From: Takakia lepidozioides
Lineage: Eukaryota; Plantae; Bryophyta
Length of the DNA: 64,000 nucleotides
Assembly (NCBI GenBank): GCA_030704615.1
Contig: CM060732.1
Span: forward strand, 35,340,001 to 35,404,000
Direction of reading: 5' to 3'
Shown here: positions 61,060 to 64,000 of the stretch, piece after piece
How positions within the stretch are numbered: the first letter of the stretch is position 1
Layout: the number at the start of each line of letters is the position of its first letter
Translations under genes and position numbers: made by a program
The notes under the pieces: generated by a model
What the model was told of the DNA's origin: nothing
The model's database searches: none
Seen by the model: only the letters and a program-made list of their open reading frames with translations

Positions 61060-64000
61060 AAGTCTTCATACCCGAGAAATTTGACGGGACGAGATCAAGA
61101 TTTCGCGGTTTTGTTCAATAAGTACAATTGTTCTTACGACTACATCCACAACGTTACCCTGATGAAGGTATTCAAGTAGGATTCGTGGGCACCCTTCTAT
61201 CAGGCACTGCCCTATCTTGGTTTGCACCGCTATTAGAGAAAAATTTGCATTCACTATACTATTTTAAAGCGTTCATGTCCGAGTTCACTGCAACGTTTGG
61301 AGAGAATGATAGAGAGAGAGTTGCAGAGACAAAGATGTGAAATCTTCCACAAGGAGCACGTCCAGCTTTCGTTTATGATGTCGAATTTTGACAATTTGCG
61401 TACGACCTCGACTGGAATGAGAAGAGTCTCATTAGTCAGTTTCAATGTGGCCTAAAAGAGGATGTAAAAGATTTGTTACTGACAATGCCAAATGTGAATA
61501 CATTGAGCGAATTCATCACCCAAGTCATTGCATGCGATAATCGTTTGTTCGAAAGACGTCAAGAGAAACGATCTGGATGGTCGACGACGCACCATGCCGC
61601 TGCTACTACGGCACCAAACATAACGATCCATCAAACATCCGGTAATGATCCTATGCAGATTGATGCTGTCCGATTCAAACCATTGACGCCACAAGAAAAA
61701 CATAAATGACGCTCGAATGGATTATGCATTTATTGCGGAGAAGACGATCACATATCATTAAACTGCCCCAACAAGAGAAGATTCAAAGCTCAGGGCACAA
61801 CTCAAGTGTTCGATACGAGGAGGTCGAAAAACGAAGATGTCCAGTTACAGTAGGGACCATGCGGCTAGACACCCCAAATTCCTCAAAAAAAAAAGGTCTT
61901 TTTCTACCTCCAGACCCTGTACCTTGTTTCACAGTTCCAGTAAAGATCAGGATGCAAAATCGAGATATCTCCATAGAAGCACTTTTGGACTCGGGCGCTT
62001 CAGCATGTTTTATTGACAAAGATTTTGCGAAACAACATAATTTAACGCTCGTAAAGAAGAAATTTTCGGCCCCTCTTGAAGTCATCGATGGACGACCGTT
62101 AGCATCAGGAAATATTGACCATGAAAGTCGACCCCTTGAAGTGAAGCTTAATAATCAAGCATCACAAATTGTTTTCAATGTCATCCAGTCTCCAACGGAT
62201 CTTGTGATCCTTGGACTTCCCTGGTTTGTACTTCATAATCCTGACATCGACTGGTGATCATGAAAATTTTTGGCAGGACACAAATGCAAAAGTACCAAAG
62301 GTATTCAACCTCTGTTTCTTAGAGCTAGAGCCTTCATGAAAGCTACGAAGAAAGACGTAACATTTGCACTTTATGCAAATCCAATCAAAACCACAACAGA
62401 CCAAGGTACTTCGACATTACCTACTCAATATCAAGATTTTAAGGATGTTTTTGAGAAGAAAAATGCAGACATGTTGCCAGAACATCAATCTTATGATTGT
62501 GAAATTGAGTTACAAGAAGGAGTTCAACCATCATTCGGCCCAATCTATAATTTATCTCAGACAGAGCTAGCTGCTTTACGCGAATACATTGATGAAAATT
62601 TGTCAAAGAATTTCATTTGACATTCGAAATCACCCGTGAGAGCACCTATCTTATTTGTGAAGAAGAAAGACGAATCGTTACGCATGTGTGTGGACTATCG
62701 TGGGCTCAACAAAGTCACTATAAAAAATCGTTACCTACTACCGCTGATTTTCAGACTCCTCGAATAACTTGGACGAGCAATTTTTTTTACAAAGATCGAC
62801 TTGAGTTCACTGTCTATACCGATCACAAAAACCTCAAGTATTTTATGAGTGCTCGTGTTTTGAATCGACGTCAAGTGAGATGGAGTATGTCACTAGCAAG
62901 GTTTGATTTTGTTATTACATACCGTCCCGGACATCTTCAAGGAAATCCAGATGTTCTTTCTCGACGATCGTATCTTGCGCCAAAAGAAGATGATGCAACT
63001 TTTGACCAACAGAAATCCATCATCTTGAAACGAACAATTCTCCAATTGAATATCTTATTCATGTCCACCTATGACGATGTAGAAATCATAAAGGAGATTC
63101 AGGAAGCACTGAAGAGCGACCAATTTGCGACGACACTATGAAGTCAACTAAATCGACCTCGAGACAACCCACATGTTACAAACGACTTTGAATTCAAAGA
63201 TGGCTTACTTTATTTCAAGGGACTTCTCTATGTACCTCCAGGACTTACACGACTTCGAATTCTTCAAACATGTCATGATCTTCCGGCTGCAAGAGATTTC
63301 GGTTTTAACAAAACAATGGAATTGATATCCAGGAACTATTGGTGGCCGCAGGTGTGGAAACTCGAGATTTTTTTTGTAAAATCTTGTGACACCTATGCTA
63401 GGGCGAAGGGACCATGACATCGACGTTACGGCCTTCTTCAACCAATACCCATTCCCAAAAGTCCATGGTCGTCCTTGTCTATGGACTTTATTACGGAACT
63501 TCCAATTTCTAAGACCACCGACTCAATCCTTGTTATTGTGGATTGTTTTACGAAAATGGCACATTTCATTCCATGTAATAAGACGGTTACTGGCGAGGAA
63601 ACTGTAAGACTCTTCCTCAATAATATGTACCATATTCATGGACTCCCGAAGGACATCGTATTTGATCGAGGACCACATTTCATATCAAATTTGTGGAGGG
63701 GATTATTTCACATATTGGATACTAAGATCAACCTCTCTACAGCTAATCATCCACAAACTAATGGTCAAACCGAACGCGTAAACCAGATTTTGGAGCAATA
63801 TCTTCGTTGTACGATAAATTATCACCAAGATAATTGGACGGACTTTTTGCCATTAGCTGAGTTTGCCTACAACAACACTATACATTCTTTAACCAAGCAA
63901 ACTCCATTTTTCTCCAATTATGGTCATCATCCTCGAGCAAACCCTTTCCACATGAAAACTGTTGGAGCCCTGCTACAGAAAACCTTGCTACTTATCTTGC
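61060..64000 (+). mobile_element. Element D: second degenerate copy of the element A family (gag, PR, deleted RT/RH, IN), running off the window
   Basis: Reverse-complement similarity to A coding regions; LLDSGAS; jump from RT KIDL to RNase H VYTDHKNL near 62805; many stops. Confidence 0.9.

Overview
Eukaryotic DNA, most likely from a non-seed land plant (inferred from the intron-rich UGT and from Tcn1-, Galadriel- and PHD-type Gypsy elements). Bases 1-26.5 kb are a genic region: a frameshifted hAT transposon, a five-exon UDP-glycosyltransferase with LINE relics in intron 4, an intronless F-box gene, an orphan phosphoglucomutase exon, MITEs and SINEs. Bases 26.5-64 kb are a multi-layer TE nest. 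A minus-strand, self-priming Tcn1-like chromovirus (A) carries two insertions: a Galadriel-like chromovirus (B) and a 21-kb Gypsy element (C). Element C encodes a DNMT3-like C5-methyltransferase between protease and RT and a C-terminal PHD finger, and has circularly permuted split terminal repeats (A...B-A-B). Inside C sits a 9.7-kb Mutator-like transposon (9-bp TSD). Its divergently transcribed, spliced accessory gene fuses a ParB/Srx-like domain to a beta-class N4C/N6A methyltransferase fold and holds an array of conserved 22-bp palindromes in its own intron. A second Tcn1-like copy (D) runs off the right edge. All domain calls come from motif recognition by eye; no searches were run.
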